Notes: generated from the letters alone by a model not told the origin. DNA of 64,000 bases from Octopus vulgaris (GCA_951406725.2 OX597814.1:138942001-139006000), one strand, 5' to 3'; shown: positions 1 to 14,238, counted from the stretch's first letter. Numbers and translations: made by a program.

Positions 1-429
1 AGGGACAAACATTGAATGAATATTTCAAAGAACACTATGGAAGATGTCAGATTAATGCCGAACTTATTCCCATTCATATTCTTTAAACCTTTTATCTCTT
101 TGACATATTTATGACTTCATTTTATTTTAAACTAACACAGCCTAATTCTCTTCGGATTCTATTTAGAATAAGAATTCGGTTTTGAAATTATAACTATTAA
201 CTTTTCGCAATTCATTTTGTTAGATCTGCAATTTCGCCCCGATAGTTTCATTGTTAACTACGTTGAAATAACAGTTTTCTTTTGACAAATCACAAGGCTT
301 GTGAATGGGTAATTTGCGTAGTATGTGATTATGTACATGTTTTTAAAATCGATCCTGAAAGGTTAAAAGCCAATTTAGACCCAAGCAGCATTTGAATGCA
401 GAAACTACGCAGTCGCAAAACATTTATAT

Positions 430-662
430 CTATTTCTTTACTACCCACAAGGGGCTAAACATAGAGGGGATAAACAAGGACAGACAAACGGATTAAGTCG
501 AGTACATTGACCCCAGTGCGCAACTGGTACTTAATTTATCGACCCCGAAAGGATGAAAGGCAAAGTCGACCTCTGCGGAATTTGAACTCAGAACGTAACG
601 ACAGACGAAATACGGCTACGCCTTTCGCTCGGCGTGCTAACGTTTCTGCCAGCTCATCGGCG
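430..662 (-). mobile_element. tRNA-derived SINE, family A (long-tail variant)
   Basis: Reverse complement of the unit at 60770-61001: B-box GAGTTCAAATTCC, central GCCTTTCATCCTTTCGGGGTCGATAAATTAAGTACCAG (recalled as Meta/MESC-domain-like) and tail ...CCCCTTGTGGGTAGTAAAGAAATAG. Confidence 0.9.
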
Positions 663-1662
663 TTCTTCTGCTTCTGCCATTTTACCTTACTGAGAATATA
701 TTTCCCTCAACAGCGTAGGAGAAACAAACTTGTATCAAAGAACAATTGAAATTAAGTTATATGAAACTCTCATATAACACTAAGTCGTTATATTTTAGTG
801 GTTAAATACTACCAAGTAACTATTTAGAAGTTACATAGAATCACAAGGCGAAAAGTCGATAATTTTACTTCTAAGACACTATATCTATATTTCTGTTTTC
901 AGATTATATGAAAAGTATATCAATTCTTTCTCAAAGTTTTATGTACGAGAGGCAAAGATCCTGAGAGACCATAGATAAGATTATCAATGCCATATGTTGT
1001 AAGCTAATCATTCAACAAGATTGATTTATTTATGGAATTTTGAGTAACAGAAAGCTGGGTGAGGTGGCGTGAGGTGGAGACAAAACTCTTCTTTTCTACT
1101 ACTTAGAAATAATTATATTTTATTTTGGGATGCAACACTTTATCACCATAGATACGACTCATTTTACATTGCATGGACACACGGAGAAGAATAGAAACAG
1201 AGGATGATTGATTTCATTTTAAGAAGACACGAGCTCGTTTTCATATAAATTATATTTTTATGGTGAATCCTGAATAGATGTAAGGTTGGAAATGGAGTTA
1301 ACCTTTTAGCAGCATCTTCTTATGAATGCTTTCAATGGTATTGCAGGAAGTGACAGATATTGATTTCTGGAAAAAAAAAAGGAAAATGATGAAATTTCGT
1401 ATTTCCATATCCATAATAAAACGATGCATCCTTTGTTTCAGTAAATTACATAAACCCTTATATGCGTGTGTGTGCATGTGTGTGTATGTATGTATGTATG
1501 TATGTATGTATGTATGTATGTATGTATGTATGTATGTATGTATGTATGGACATCTGCATGCATATATTTATATAAAGCACATATTTGAATATATATATAT
1601 GCATTATATGCACATATACATAAATATGTTCACACATGCATATATATAAATATATATATGTA

Positions 1663-1718
<56 letters not shown>

Positions 1719-2429
1719 GCTAGATAGACAGGCAGACAGGCAGGCAGACAGACAATATTTACGCTTCGTTAAGATTATATGCAGTATTTTTAATATAAAG
1801 TACATGTCTGAATAGCTAAGAGGGGATTTCCCTACTCATCTCGTTCTTATTATCTGCATACACTGCAAGACAAAGCTGTGGCCGGCACTTATGCACCAAG
1901 TCTGATATTCACTTAATATTGTTACTTAATATTGTTAATATTGTTACTGAGTAACATGAGTATGCATGTTGCTCAGACCTAAAAAGGTGCCTCAGTTTAA
2001 GTACTTAATTCGACCGAATCTTAATCTCTTAATTGTATATGTATGTGTATGTATATATATATATACATACATAACTATATATACAAATACACACACATGA
2101 TATATACGTATGTATGTATATGTATGTGCATGCTTGTATGTTTGTGTGTCTGTGAGTGCGCGCGTGTGGGGGTGTGGGGGTGCATTAGAATATTTCTATA
2201 AAACTGTGACTGCTTTTTGCTTAAAAGGCAGGGCTACTTCATTGAAACTTTACTGCTTCAGTAAAGATGTAATATTGAATTTAGAAATGCGCTGCACATT
2301 TTTCTTTGTTTTCAAAGTCTGTCTTGCTGAATGCATTTGCAGACTATAAGATGAATTATTTGACACTTTTCCTGAAAAAATAAAGAGTTTTGGTAAGCTG
2401 TTAATCAAACAAGTAATAAGATCACGAAG

Positions 2430-2600
2430 GGTGGGGGCCGCAGCGTTAACAGATCGTGAGAAAATGCTTGACGGCGTTTCTTTACGTTGTAAGGTCAGGA
2501 CTACAGTTCATCCCTTCGAAATCGATAAAAACTCCCAGTCAAGTATTGCGATCGATATAATCGACTCGCCCCCCCACCCCACCCCACCATCAAAACTGCT
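2430..2600 (+). mobile_element. Degraded SINE family A copy
   Basis: Contains TTCATCCCTTCGAAATCGATAAA and GATCGATATAATCGACT, diverged versions of the family A core. Confidence 0.55.
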
Positions 2601-3004
2601 AGCATTAACTCTGCAACCGGCCGGCGTCCCGTTCAGACGGATATTGTAGCCTCAGTCGTTTATACGTCAAGAAAACCGGGTAACCTGTTTTATGAGTCCT
2701 AGATCTCAATGATAATTGATAAGTAAATAAATAAATAAATAAACAGATAAATAAATAAAAACGTAACGAAATACAGCAATGAGTACGCATGAAAATTTAA
2801 ATTACGTATATAGAACGTTGCAGGTTTCAAAGAAGTTGGCAATAGGTGTTCTCCCCATGATAATTCTGAACAAAAACTACATATCTACAATAAATTACAT
2901 ACAGAGTATGTAATTTGTTTTTTGCTGTTCATTTTATCTCTGCATTTACTAAAAGTTTTCATGGGAATGACTGCTGAATATTGTCTACTGAACAGGTATT
3001 TTTA

Positions 3005-3409
3005 ATTGCTTCCCACATGGTTCTGGGTTCAGTTCCACTGCGTTGCACTTTGGACAAGTGTCCATTAACATAGCCTCCGGCAGGCCAAGGCTGTATGTGT
3101 GGATTTGGTAGACGAGACCTGAAAGAAACCCGATGAAACTATGTGTGTGCGTGTGTATGTGTATGTGTGTGTGCGCGTGTGTGGGTGTAAATTTTTGTGC
3201 CTGTGTTTGTCCCTCACCACCGCTTGACAACCGGTGTTGGTGTGTTTACGCTCCTGTAATTTAGCACTTCAGTAAAAGTCACCGAAGAATAAGTACTAGT
3301 TTTTACAGAGATAATGCCAATATATACGCGGGGTCGATATGTTTGACTAGAATTCTTGAAGGTTGTGACTCAACATGGCTGCCATCTAATTACTGCAAAC
3401 GATAAAAGA
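3005..3409 (+). mobile_element. tRNA-derived SINE, family B (CORE-like body, internal TG microsatellite)
   Basis: CACATGGTTCTGGGTTCAGTTCCACTGCG...GGATTTGGTAGACG...CGCTTGACAACCGGTGTTGGTGTGTTTACG, matching the copies at 4487 and 43765. Confidence 0.85.
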
Positions 3410-3669
3410 TGTGTGTGTGTGTATGCGTGTATGTGTGTGTGTGTGTGTGTGTTTTAAAAGTTCTCGGCAGAATATAAGGCCATCACTAACAAAGTAAAAA
3501 TCCATTTCTTTCTAGTCAAGACAATTCCAGGAATTTGAGAATATGTGGCTGAGTGAAAGTGAGCAAATGTATAGTTCTTTCTTTGTACCCATCTAAAGAT
3601 CGTACATATCTCTATATTACACGAGTGTGTATGATTACTCATTATTTGTGTATATATCTATGCTTTTAT

Positions 3670-3925
3670 GTATATATGTTATTATTCATTTTTATTTCAA
3701 AATTTCTTGCCAATAGAGAAAAAGTCAGATTCTAACCTAATTTCACAGCGCCTCATCAACAGGATATTTGTGAATGTTTGTGTGTTGCTTTACGTATGTA
3801 TTCTCATGCATGTAGTTGCATTTCTAGACATGCACATATATACTTAATTAAATATCAAACTTCTGGAAAGTTTTACAGATTTTAACAGTCGAAGACTTGA
3901 ATCTATAATCTTCTGATTAGCTTTG
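3670..3925 (-). mobile_element. 3' end (ORF end and 3' UTR) of an R4/Dong-type LINE
   Basis: Reverse complement aligns to 28285-28570 (AAAGCTAAT...AAAATCTGTAA(A/G)ACTTTCCAGAAGTTT...TCTTGAAATAAAA-like). Confidence 0.75.
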
Positions 3926-4486
3926 TGTGTGTGTGTTGTATGTATATTTATATGGCTTTACTTCGTTTTTTTTTTCTTTTTGATTTATTTAAGTTCAGGC
4001 AGGTCGCTAACAAAGTGGCAAACCTTTTTGAGATAAATCAGTTCCTAGAGTTTGCAAGTAAGTGGTGAGTTAGTGTCTACATATATGTAGGTATATACAC
4101 CTACACTGATGTTGTGTGAATAGGTCTGTATAGTACTTAGGTGTTTGTGATAGCGTGTGTGCCGTGCCTCATTACATTTTACTTATATGTTTGTATATAT
4201 GCTTACAAACAAATGCGTTCCTATATTCATTAAAAGATCCCAGATGGGTCTTTTGGAATGTTTCGTTTCCCTGATTGGAAGTTTAGTGTTTATTTTTACA
4301 TGCCACCTCGTAAGTGGTAAGGCTTCAAAAATATGTATTTAAAATGTGTTCTTATTGCAACCATTCAGTTTTAACATATAAAGGCCATGCATTTTATTAT
4401 TCCACTTATTGTGATCATATCAAAACTATTAATTAGAGAGTTAAACCCTTTCTCCAGTAATAGAAGTTCATCCTATATTTTTAACC

Positions 4487-4888
4487 CACTGTGTGGCACC
4501 TTAGGCAACTGTCTTCTCCTATAGCCACGGGCCAACCAAATCCGTGTGAGTAGATTTGGTAGACAGAAACTGAAACTGTCAGAAACTGAAACTGACAGAA
4601 ACTGATTTGGTAGACAGAAACTGTCGTGTATATATATATATATATGTATGTATGTATGTATACTTTTTGTATCTGTCTGTGTTTGTGCCACTGCCATCGC
4701 TTGACAATTGATGTTAGTGTGTTTATGTCCCCATAACTTAGCGGTTCGACAAAAGTGATTGAGAAAATAAGTACTAGACTTACAAAGAATAAGTCATGGT
4801 GTCGATTTGTTTGACTAAAACCTTTTTAAGGCGATGCTCCAGCATGACCACTGTCAAATGACTGAAACAAGAAAAAGAATAAAAGAAT
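4487..4888 (+). mobile_element. SINE family B copy, 5'-truncated
   Basis: CCACTGTGTGGCACCTTAGGCAACTGTCTTCT...GATTTGGTAGACAGAAACTGAAA...GCTCCAGCATGACCACTGTCAAATGACTGAAACAAG. Confidence 0.85.
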
Positions 4889-4904
4889 GTGTGTGTGTGT
4901 GTGT

Positions 4905-7150
4905 TTTGCCTTGCCTCAATAATGATTGATATGAAGAATATTTGGGGCACTGAATTTGCAGAGTCATCAACACTTGTTTATATATGTAAATGTGATTTTT
5001 ATTCTTACCACACTGACACCAAGTGGCCAGTGAGTTTCCACAATAAACATGTTATTTCTTTATTATGTTACACAGACAATTTTGTTTAATTTGGTCGCTC
5101 TTCGTTTTTTCAGGCTCCACAAATATTCTTTTGCTTTATCGATCTCAATTTTTTTTAATACATTTTTGATTATATTCTTTTCATTCTTAGTCTATACCAG
5201 ATATCTCTGGCTGAGCATCATTCATTCAACGTTGGCATTGATAAGCTAGTATCTTCAGTCTTTATTTCGTATAGTGTACATTTGTTTAAGCTGTTTTCTG
5301 CCTCCTAGGTAGAAGATAATTGGCGGAGATGTCTTACACTTCGATTAAATGGAGATTTACCTTCAAGGTGAGATACTAAACTTGTCGGAAATTCATACTA
5401 AATGTCTAGTGTAGTTTGTTTCGTCTATGGTCTTTATTTTTCGTTTCAAGTTCCCATATAACATTCTTTCTCAATTAGTCTATTTTGATTCGTTTTTATC
5501 GCTCTGGTCTATAACATTTTCATAAGATTAGTATCGGCTTGTATTCCATTTTTCGTCTTATATACATTTGCAATCTAAATATTATTTTCTTTTTGCTTTC
5601 GTGATCGCAAAGTTGAACACGAAACCTACTGAGTTATATTCTTTTATTGTTGCAATACGTGTCACATATGAGTTTAATACAACCTTAAGGTCAAGGACAT
5701 CCTCCTTTCCTTTCGTGAAAAATGTACGGGAACATCACCAGTAATGTCGAAATTTCCAGTAACACTAAGCAGTTTCCGAGTTCTTGCTTCAATCTGACAA
5801 AGTCCATGCAGTGAGCCATTCATAAAGTCAAATGTATGTATAAGTGCTGACACTGAAAAATTAGCAATCTGCCTGTTTTAGACAGGGTGTTTTAAATTAT
5901 CATATTTTCTTTACCCTATTAGAATATTAATGTATTCCTGTCCCTGTTTCTTTTAGGTCCATTATACCAGACATTCTCATCTTCTCCAAAAACACTATAA
6001 TTCTTTGTTGCATAGAGAAAAAAGTATAGTATTGCACATGCGCGCATTTGCGGAACGGGATAGATCACAAGTTTACTTTGTCTTACCAAACAAAATGTAA
6101 AATTGAACTTGTCAAATTCCATTCCGATTTCAGTGGGGAGAGTATTGAGTATTGAGACCCAGTTATATTTTAACATACACCAACAGACCGTCTGCAAATG
6201 AAAAGGAGAGATAATTCATTTTTTGTCTCGTGAGTTGGTACGAAAGCTAGTTCAACGAGCGAACAAATTTTATTGGTTTGTTCAACATCTTTCAGATGTA
6301 AGATGGTGTACCATATCTTGGTTCAGTGTTCAATAGTAGTAATTTTGATTCATTTAAATACTTTCATAATCCACTCTCGTTGAGAACTACCCAGAGTTTG
6401 TTAGTAGACTAGTCACGAATCATTATTTTTCCAGGATCATTTTGGTAATTAAAAACTACTTTCTATTTCCTTCTTTCCCCTTGGTTGTTCTAGTGTTGTA
6501 TAAATTTTTTACTGGTACAATGAGTCATAACGAATAGATTGAGGCGCCTGGTGTATATCTTGTACATCTTATAATTGATGCTTTGAAAGCTTATTGGGTG
6601 AAATGCTTAGATATGTCTAACGCAAAGGCATTTGAAATCAGTTGGGCGCTGCTTCTAATATACGCCCGATACATTTTTTTTTATAAAACGTTATATCTCA
6701 CCATAAATTATGAAATTCTGGTACTGATATCATAATATAAGATTTGCGTTTGGAGATTTATAATTTTCTTTAGGACTTCGGCAGTAATGGGCTATTCATC
6801 CCGTAATGATTTTTGTCCAACATGTCTGCATCATCACATTTCTTTCATCCATACAGATTTGTTGTCGAACTTTTGATTTCCTTCCCACATAGAACTCTAC
6901 CAGCTTTCAACTTGTTCTTTTGATGGAGAGTCATATAAAGAGAATGTGTCGTTTAAGTAGAAGCTAAAATAAACTGATTTAGAATCTGTAGCAAACACTC
7001 TACTCAGCATTGAGCATTTATTATACGTAAATTGATATTCTAGTTTTTCAATCGTAGCTGTACGTTCTTGTTTCATCTGACATAATTAATAGCTAAAGGT
7101 TTCAATTTTTATGTTTGTCGAACTCCTTTTAAAATTCCTGCTTTCTGTGT
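4905..7150 (-). mobile_element. Heavily decayed R4/Dong-type non-LTR retrotransposon (RT to endonuclease)
   Basis: Minus-strand peptide fragments occur in the expected order: LWEGNQKFDNKSVWMKE, REWIMKVFK, NELSLLFIC (QGDxLSxLLF-like), EIGMEFDK, GEDENVWYNGP, NRVKKI, IEARTRKLLSVTGNF, NYLLPR, KEYLWSLKNEERPN, FIVETHWP, FISIIIEAR. Many stops and frameshifts. Confidence 0.7.
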
Positions 7151-7407
7151 TTCTGATGTTTTATAAATGTATTATCTGTATTATATTTCAGAACTGCGAA
7201 ACTTAGAGAAATAAAATTTCACGTTTTTGACTTACCCGTGTCATTTTTGACATGTACAGAAAATTTAGAATTTCGAATGTTGTTTACATGTCTGTTGGCC
7301 AATGTATCTAAGTATGTCGATGTGTTTATACAAAGTTATATACGCACACATACATACAAACATACACACATGCACACATGTACACATAATATACGCATAA
7401 ATATATT

Positions 7408-7517
<110 letters not shown>

Positions 7518-7604
7518 GACATTTATAGAAAAACAAAAGACGAAGACAGGTGTATGAATATCAAGCAGGTGTATTAGTTTGACACTCGGGAAAGTGGAGA
7601 AATA

Positions 7605-7638
7605 TTTTACGTTTCGAACCTACGCTCTTCAACAGAAA
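7605..7638 (-). ncRNA. Minimal type I hammerhead-like motif with variant core CUGUUGA
   Basis: Minus strand reads TTT CTGTTGA A GAGC gtag GTTC GAAA CG TA AAA. It lies in a short element (7517-7700) related to 15290-15455 and 18090-18240. Confidence 0.55.
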
Positions 7639-7935
7639 GGGATAAGAGAAAATAAACCGAGAGACAATATTAAAAACTCTTGTGGATTTAGCGGTAGCCC
7701 AGCATTGCTAGAAAGAAGAGTCAAAATAACTAGAAATAAGACTCATATTTCTAGCAATGCTGGCGCAATGCTTGCACTCTTATTCACCTTTAGGGACGAT
7801 TGTGTTTGTGCGTTTATGTTTTAAATTGCGTCTAGCCACTTTAATGATTTATAATTTTCACCTTACAGTTTTATTCACATGCTATTTTCTGTAAAATGAC
7901 AAGTCGAGCTACAGTAACCCTTAGGCAACGAAGTA

Positions 7936-7987
7936 GTGTCACTGATGAGGGTTAATTCTATCCGAAATCGGCCGGCTGATATGGTGC
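7936..7987 (+). ncRNA. Type I hammerhead ribozyme motif
   Basis: GTGTCA CTGATGA GGGT taattct ATCC GAAA TCGGC CG GCTGA TA TGGTGC: intact core, 4-bp stem II, near-palindromic stem III, wobble-rich stem I. Confidence 0.6.
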
Positions 7988-8600
7988 CCTCGCTTGCCGT
8001 GGGGAGATTGTCTCCCTTGTCAGTCAAGAAATAGTGGCCTGTTGAACAGAAGATGTTCGTGGTTAATAAGTTGTTTTGACTCTACTTTCTAGCGATACGG
8101 GTGCTGACTGGCACCCTTAGTCACTTTTAGTGACGATTGTGTGTGTGTATTAGTGTGTGTGCGTATATGTGTGTGTGTGTGTGTGTGATAGCCAAACCAC
8201 AGATTATGTTTGGAAATACTGCTTCTACTAACACTTCAAAGCATATGGACTCATGCATCCACCAGCTCTCGAAAAGATAATGTGTCTGGTTAAGATAAGG
8301 CTAGGTTATTGCATAATCATAACAATGTACCTCATTGGAAGAAGAATCTTAATGAGACATCGGTGTCATTCAATAACTGTCGAGCAGCTGCAGTTGTCAG
8401 CGGAAACGTCTGAAAATATAAATTTTCTCTCGTGTAATCTAAATTCAATTACAGGAATAAATCAAACGCCCATCACCATAATTATGAACAAAAATACATT
8501 TTAAATCAGGATTGTTGGTTATTTATTTCACAACAAATTTATCATAAATATATCTATGGTGCGTGTACTGTGTGTTTATGCGCGCGTGCGTATGCATAAG

Positions 8601-8668
<68 letters not shown>

Positions 8669-8750
8669 TATATGCCTCATACATATGCTCAGACACCTAT
8701 ATGATTATATATACTCGCGCATACACGTATACATAAACAGTTAGACAGAC

Positions 8751-8894
<144 letters not shown>

Positions 8895-9130
8895 TGTTAT
8901 ATACGTATTACCATACACATACAACGCACACGCATGCACCTACACTCTTATTCAGACACAGATTCAGACATACATTCACACAAATCTATACATACATATA
9001 TACATAGACATACATACACACATACATACGCACATACATGCATAATACATACATACATACATACGTACATACATATATGCTTACATTCATTTGCATACGC
9101 ACACACATATATGTATATATGTGTGAATAT

Positions 9131-9195
<65 letters not shown>

Positions 9196-10605
9196 GGTGA
9201 GAGAGAGAGGGTGAGAGAGATGAATAATCGTGTTCAGGTTTAACTTTCATAAAGATTTAAACTACAAATCTCTTCGTTTTCATATTTGTTGGTCTTTTAA
9301 AGAAAACTTGAATAAATTTTAAGCCAAAGCAACAGCTCAAAGTAATTTTATAAATCATTTTATTTAATTATTTAATCATTCGTTTATTTACTTATTTCAT
9401 GCTCACTTGTTTTGTTCTTTTTTCCTTTCCTGTTTATAACGTATTTTTCGTTTCTTTAGTTTATACTTAATTCCAAAGTCTCGTCTCGTTTCGAGCACGT
9501 ATCTGTTTCAGATGAGGTTTAAAGTCCTACCTTTCTTATTGTCTGATATTTATTATACGATCTTTTTATTAAAACTTGTTATATTCTCTATTATATAACT
9601 TTTGCTATTCTTCATTCCGCTTCGAATTTCTCTCACTGAATGAAATAAAGAAATCGGGAAGAGAAAAATAATGACTTTCATTCCGTAATAATATTCGTAC
9701 AATAGAAGTTAGAACATATATTCATGAATATTATTAGATTCTCGAATTCTACAAAGAAATAACGTGAATACTATCAAAAGTGTTTCATATTAATAATGAT
9801 AAATATGGTTTCACAAATAGGAACAGTCCTTGTTCGACCCTCCAGCTACATACGTACATTTATATTGATTTCTTTTCACCAGACGTATGAACAAACTTTA
9901 ACAACGGTATGTAATAACCGAATGAATGAACCCTAGATTACACTCAATACCTCTGTGATAGAACCCAAGACATGAAATGAAAATACGTTGAGTTGTTTGA
10001 TATACTTCCGTGCAATATCCAGTTCACGTCCGAACAGTAATAGTTATATAGATAAGGCTTGTTGATAACATCCGACCTGTATTGAGAGATCTAACGAAAA
10101 TTTAATTATCGATTTCAGATATTTTAAAATAGATTTTTTTATATTTTTAAAGAAAATCTGTCTATACTTATGTTACGAATGTGCCCGAGTTTGTTTAACC
10201 CGCACGATATGTGCATACATACAGAAATTAACAGATAAATAGTCATGAACACTGCTGACATACTGTTGAGCGTGTATGCAGACTGCATATATATATGTAA
10301 ATGTTGGTGAACGTTTATATAACTGGTATAAATATGATTTCATAACTAAAGTTATAAAAGGATTTCTGTGTGTCTGAGCACTCACACACATATACATGTC
10401 TCTGCGTGTGCATGTGTGTGTATTGTACAAAGAGATATTTACACAAAGACGGCAGCTCATTTCCAGATATGTAAATAACGCAACCTGAATAATTTTGTCC
10501 TCGGATAAATTATTCAACATCCGACTTCGGGATAATGAACCAAACACTCTAACCACTAAGCCGCGCACTTTCACTATAATATATATAAAATATATGTACA
10601 TGAAA

Positions 10606-10640
<35 letters not shown>

Positions 10641-10723
10641 ACTGTTAAAGAAGACAACAGGCGTTGAGGCAGGACAAACATCTCAAGTGATATATATTAT
10701 TATTATTGGAAAAAAAATTCAAA

Positions 10724-10779
10724 GTCTTACAGCCGTTTCTGGGATATCCCAGAATATGGGATATTCCGTCTTCGGAGAC
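10724..10779 (-). ncRNA. Type I hammerhead motif with one core substitution
   Basis: Minus strand reads GTCT CCGAAGA C GGAATATCCCA tattc TGGGATATCCC A GAAA CGGCTG TA AGAC: perfect 4-bp stem I, long stem II, GUA cleavage triplet, U4 changed to C. Confidence 0.6.
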
Positions 10780-10895
10780 AAATAGGGAAAATGAGAAGAG
10801 TATATCTTTGGAGCCCTAGTAATCCGTTACAGCACTTACCTAGAGTACCTAATCGTTTAGATCACCAGTGAACTAAACCTCCATATTTTGTGTGC

Positions 10896-10968
<73 letters not shown>

Positions 10969-10969
10969 G

Positions 10970-11220
10970 TGACACCCTCCCGTAGTCCGAGAAAGACAGT
11001 TCTGTAATTTCCTGCCAGGCAGCCTACACAAATGATTTGTTTATCGTGATCAAATGTTTGTGTTGTAGATTATCTCGCTCCCGTCGTCGAATTGACACTA
11101 CCTAAACAGGCTCACAGTGTATCACATGCCAAGTGTGCAACTGACCGCAGAGCAACGTGAGACCGAGTGTTCTACTCAAGAACACAACGCACAACCATAT
11201 CCAGGAACCTCACCACCGCA
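10970..11220 (-). mobile_element. Degraded SINE family C copy
   Basis: GAGCAACGTGAGACCGAGTGTTCTACTCAAGAACACAACGCA is the reverse complement of the family C core TGTTCTTGAGCAAGACACTTCATTTCACGTTGCTC. Confidence 0.6.
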
Positions 11221-11266
11221 ACATCCCCCCACATATATGTATGTATGTTTGTATGTATACATATTC

Positions 11267-11299
<33 letters not shown>

Positions 11300-11527
11300 T
11301 GTATGTATGTATGTATGTATGTATGTATGTGTGTATCTATGTATGTATGTATGTATGTATGTATATATACACACATATATATATATATATGTATATATAT
11401 ATATGTATATACTCACACACATACGTATAAATGATTATTCTTATATATATCACTATACATTTAGATATGCTCATATATACATATTTTTTCCTATATACAT
11501 AGATTTATACACACGTGTATACATATA

Positions 11528-11584
<57 letters not shown>

Positions 11585-12661
11585 CATGTGTGTGTCTGTT
11601 TGTATGTGTGTTTGTGTATGTGTGTGTGTGTGTGTGTTTATGTGTGTGTGTGTGTGTGTGTGTGCGTCTGTGTGTCTCTGTGTCTGCATGCTACATTCAC
11701 ACACATGCACGCAGGTATGGAACGCTATTTGTATAGTCTGGACTAAAAATACATCGATATAAAACAATTTGCTTGAATGACCAAAAATATGTTATAAAAA
11801 GGAAACAGAAAAAAAAATCTGGATATAGAATTCATGCTTCTATTAAGAAAATAATCCTATCAATGCTTCTTTGTCCCAAGTTCTGATTGATTATCTTTCA
11901 AGAATATTTTCCTGCAATCTGAAGGGAATCTGATGGATGACTACAAAACAAATGAAGCTATCGTAACTATAGTTCTGGAACTTTCCCATAGAGAATACAT
12001 ATATATAATTCTTCAGTGGAACTGAATGTTGCTGAAGTGTGGATACACATATGCTAGCTTCTGATGCAAAATAAAACGGAAAATAAAAACAAAGGAAGGA
12101 AATATAAAGAAAAACATATAATATTCATAGTTTTTTTTTTCTTACATTTGTCTTCTACTTACATTTCTTTCTTCAGTGGGAGTTAAATCGCCGCCAATAG
12201 AAATTATTCTTTGATATAAATATTTTCCTCTAACACTTTATACAAAATGGTATATTTTTAGGTTTCGAAGTAGCTTTCATATTTCATATTTATTGGTTGA
12301 TAAAATTTCCACTGATGCTTAAGTATATACACAGAAATGCATTTTCTGCGTAAATATACCTATACATCAAACTACATAGCACAACAAAATTGTTAGGAAT
12401 ATGTGCATGTGTGTGTGTGTGTATGCGTGTGGGTGTGCACGTGTGTGTGTGTGTTTATGTGTATGCATAACTGAAATGCACACAAACATGTTGTGCGTAA
12501 GTACGTGTGTTTATGTATGTCTATGTATGATAAATATTCCTCAAATACACTGAGGATGTATTTCAACGTAAAGTGTTGACAGAGTGCCCCGTGGGTTTGA
12601 AACCAGAACTCTATTTAAATTAAAACGGGATAAACATACAAATGGATGCGCGAGTGCGTAC

Positions 12662-12694
<33 letters not shown>

Positions 12695-12825
12695 TGTATG
12701 TATGTATGTATGTATGTATGTATGTATGTATGTATGCATGCATGCATGCATGCATGTATGTATGTATGTATGTATGTATGTATGTATGTACGTACGTACG
12801 TATGTATGTACATGACTTATAAAGT

Positions 12826-13082
12826 CGCGTGGCTTAGTGGTTAGGGTGTACATGGATTGTGGAGGCGCGTGGCTTAGTGGTTACAACCGTAAGATTGTAG
12901 TTTCTATTCCTGGACCGGGTTACGTGTTCTTGGGCAAAACACTTCATTTCATGTTGCTCCAGTCTACTCAGCTGGCAAAAATGAGTAACACTGCGATGGA
13001 CTGGCGTCCCGTCCAGCTGGGTAACACATACGCCATTGAAACCGGGAAACCGGGCACGTGAGCCTGGCTAGGCTTTAAAAGA
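12826..13082 (+). mobile_element. tRNA-derived SINE, family C
   Basis: A-box TGGCTTAGTGG (locally duplicated), B-box-like GTTTCTATTCC, then CTTGGGCAAAACACTTCATTTCATGTTGCTCCAGTCTACTCAGCTG. Confidence 0.8.
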
Positions 13083-13140
13083 GAGCAAAGAGAAAAAAGA
13101 AACAGATGAATTATTGTTATTGTTGTTGTTGTTGCTGTTC

Positions 13141-14238
13141 AGGCGGCGAGCTGGCAGAAACGCTAGCACACCGGGCGAAATGCGTAGCCGCTACGTTCTG
13201 AGTTCAAATTCCGCCGACGTTGACTTTGCCTTTCATCTTTTCGGGGTCGATAATTTAAGTACCAGTTACGCACTGGGGTCGATATAATCGACTTAATCCG
13301 TTTGTCTGTCCTTCTTTGTCCCCTCTGTGTTTAGCCCCTTGTGGGTAATAATGAAATAGGTATTTCGTCTGCCGCTACGTTCTGAGTTTAAATTCCGCCG
13401 AGATCGACTTTGCCTTTCATCCTTTCGGGATCGATTAAATAAGTACCAGTTACGCACTGGGGTCGATGTAATCGACTTAATCCGTTTGTCTGTCCTTGTT
13501 TGTCCCCTCTGTGTTTAGCCCCTTGTTGGTTGTAAGAAATAGGTATTTCGTCTGTCTTCACGTGCTGAGTTCAAATGCCACCGGGTTCGACTTTGCCTTT
13601 CATCCTTTCGGGGTCGATAAATTAAGTACCAGTTAAGCACTGGGTTGACATAATCGATTGGTCCCCCAAAAATAGCACGCCTTGTGCCTATTGTAGAAAG
13701 GATTATTATTATTGTTGTTAAAGCGGAAATCTGGCAGAATCGCTAGTACACCGGGTGAAATGCTTACCGGTATTTCCAACAAATTCAAATTCCGCCGAGG
13801 TCGACTTTACCCTTCATCTTTTCGGATTCAATAATTCAAGTACTAGTGAATCACGGGGGGGGGGGGGGAAAGGGCAATGTATTCAACTTATCCTATCTCC
13901 CAAAATGGCCGCCCTTGTGGTAAAATTTGAAACCATTATTATTATTGTTGTTGTTAAGGCGGCGAGCTGCTAGAATTGTTAGCGTGCCGGGCGAAATGTT
14001 TAACAATATTTTGTCTGTCACTACGTTCTGAGTTCAAATCCGCCGAGGTTGACTTTGCTTTTCATCCTTTCGGGGTCGATTAAATAAGTACCAGTGAAAC
14101 ACCGGAGTTGATGTAATCGACTATCCCTTCCCCTACAATTTCAGGCCTTGTGCCTTTAGTAGACAGGATTATTATTATTATTATTAATAATAATAATAAT
14201 AATAAGGCGATGAGCTGGCAAAAACGTTAGCACGCTGA
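13141..14238 (+). mobile_element. Tandem array of SINE family A: head plus three 184-bp-period cores, then three more head-to-tail copies
   Basis: Core TTTCATC at 13231, 13415 and 13598. New heads at about 13720, 13956 and 14204, each after an (ATT)n tail. Confidence 0.92.

Noticed and set aside
13141-13710. Regularly spaced repeats suggesting a CRISPR array
   Set aside because: The whole 184-bp unit is repeated with no unique spacers. It is a SINE multimer in eukaryotic DNA with no cas genes.
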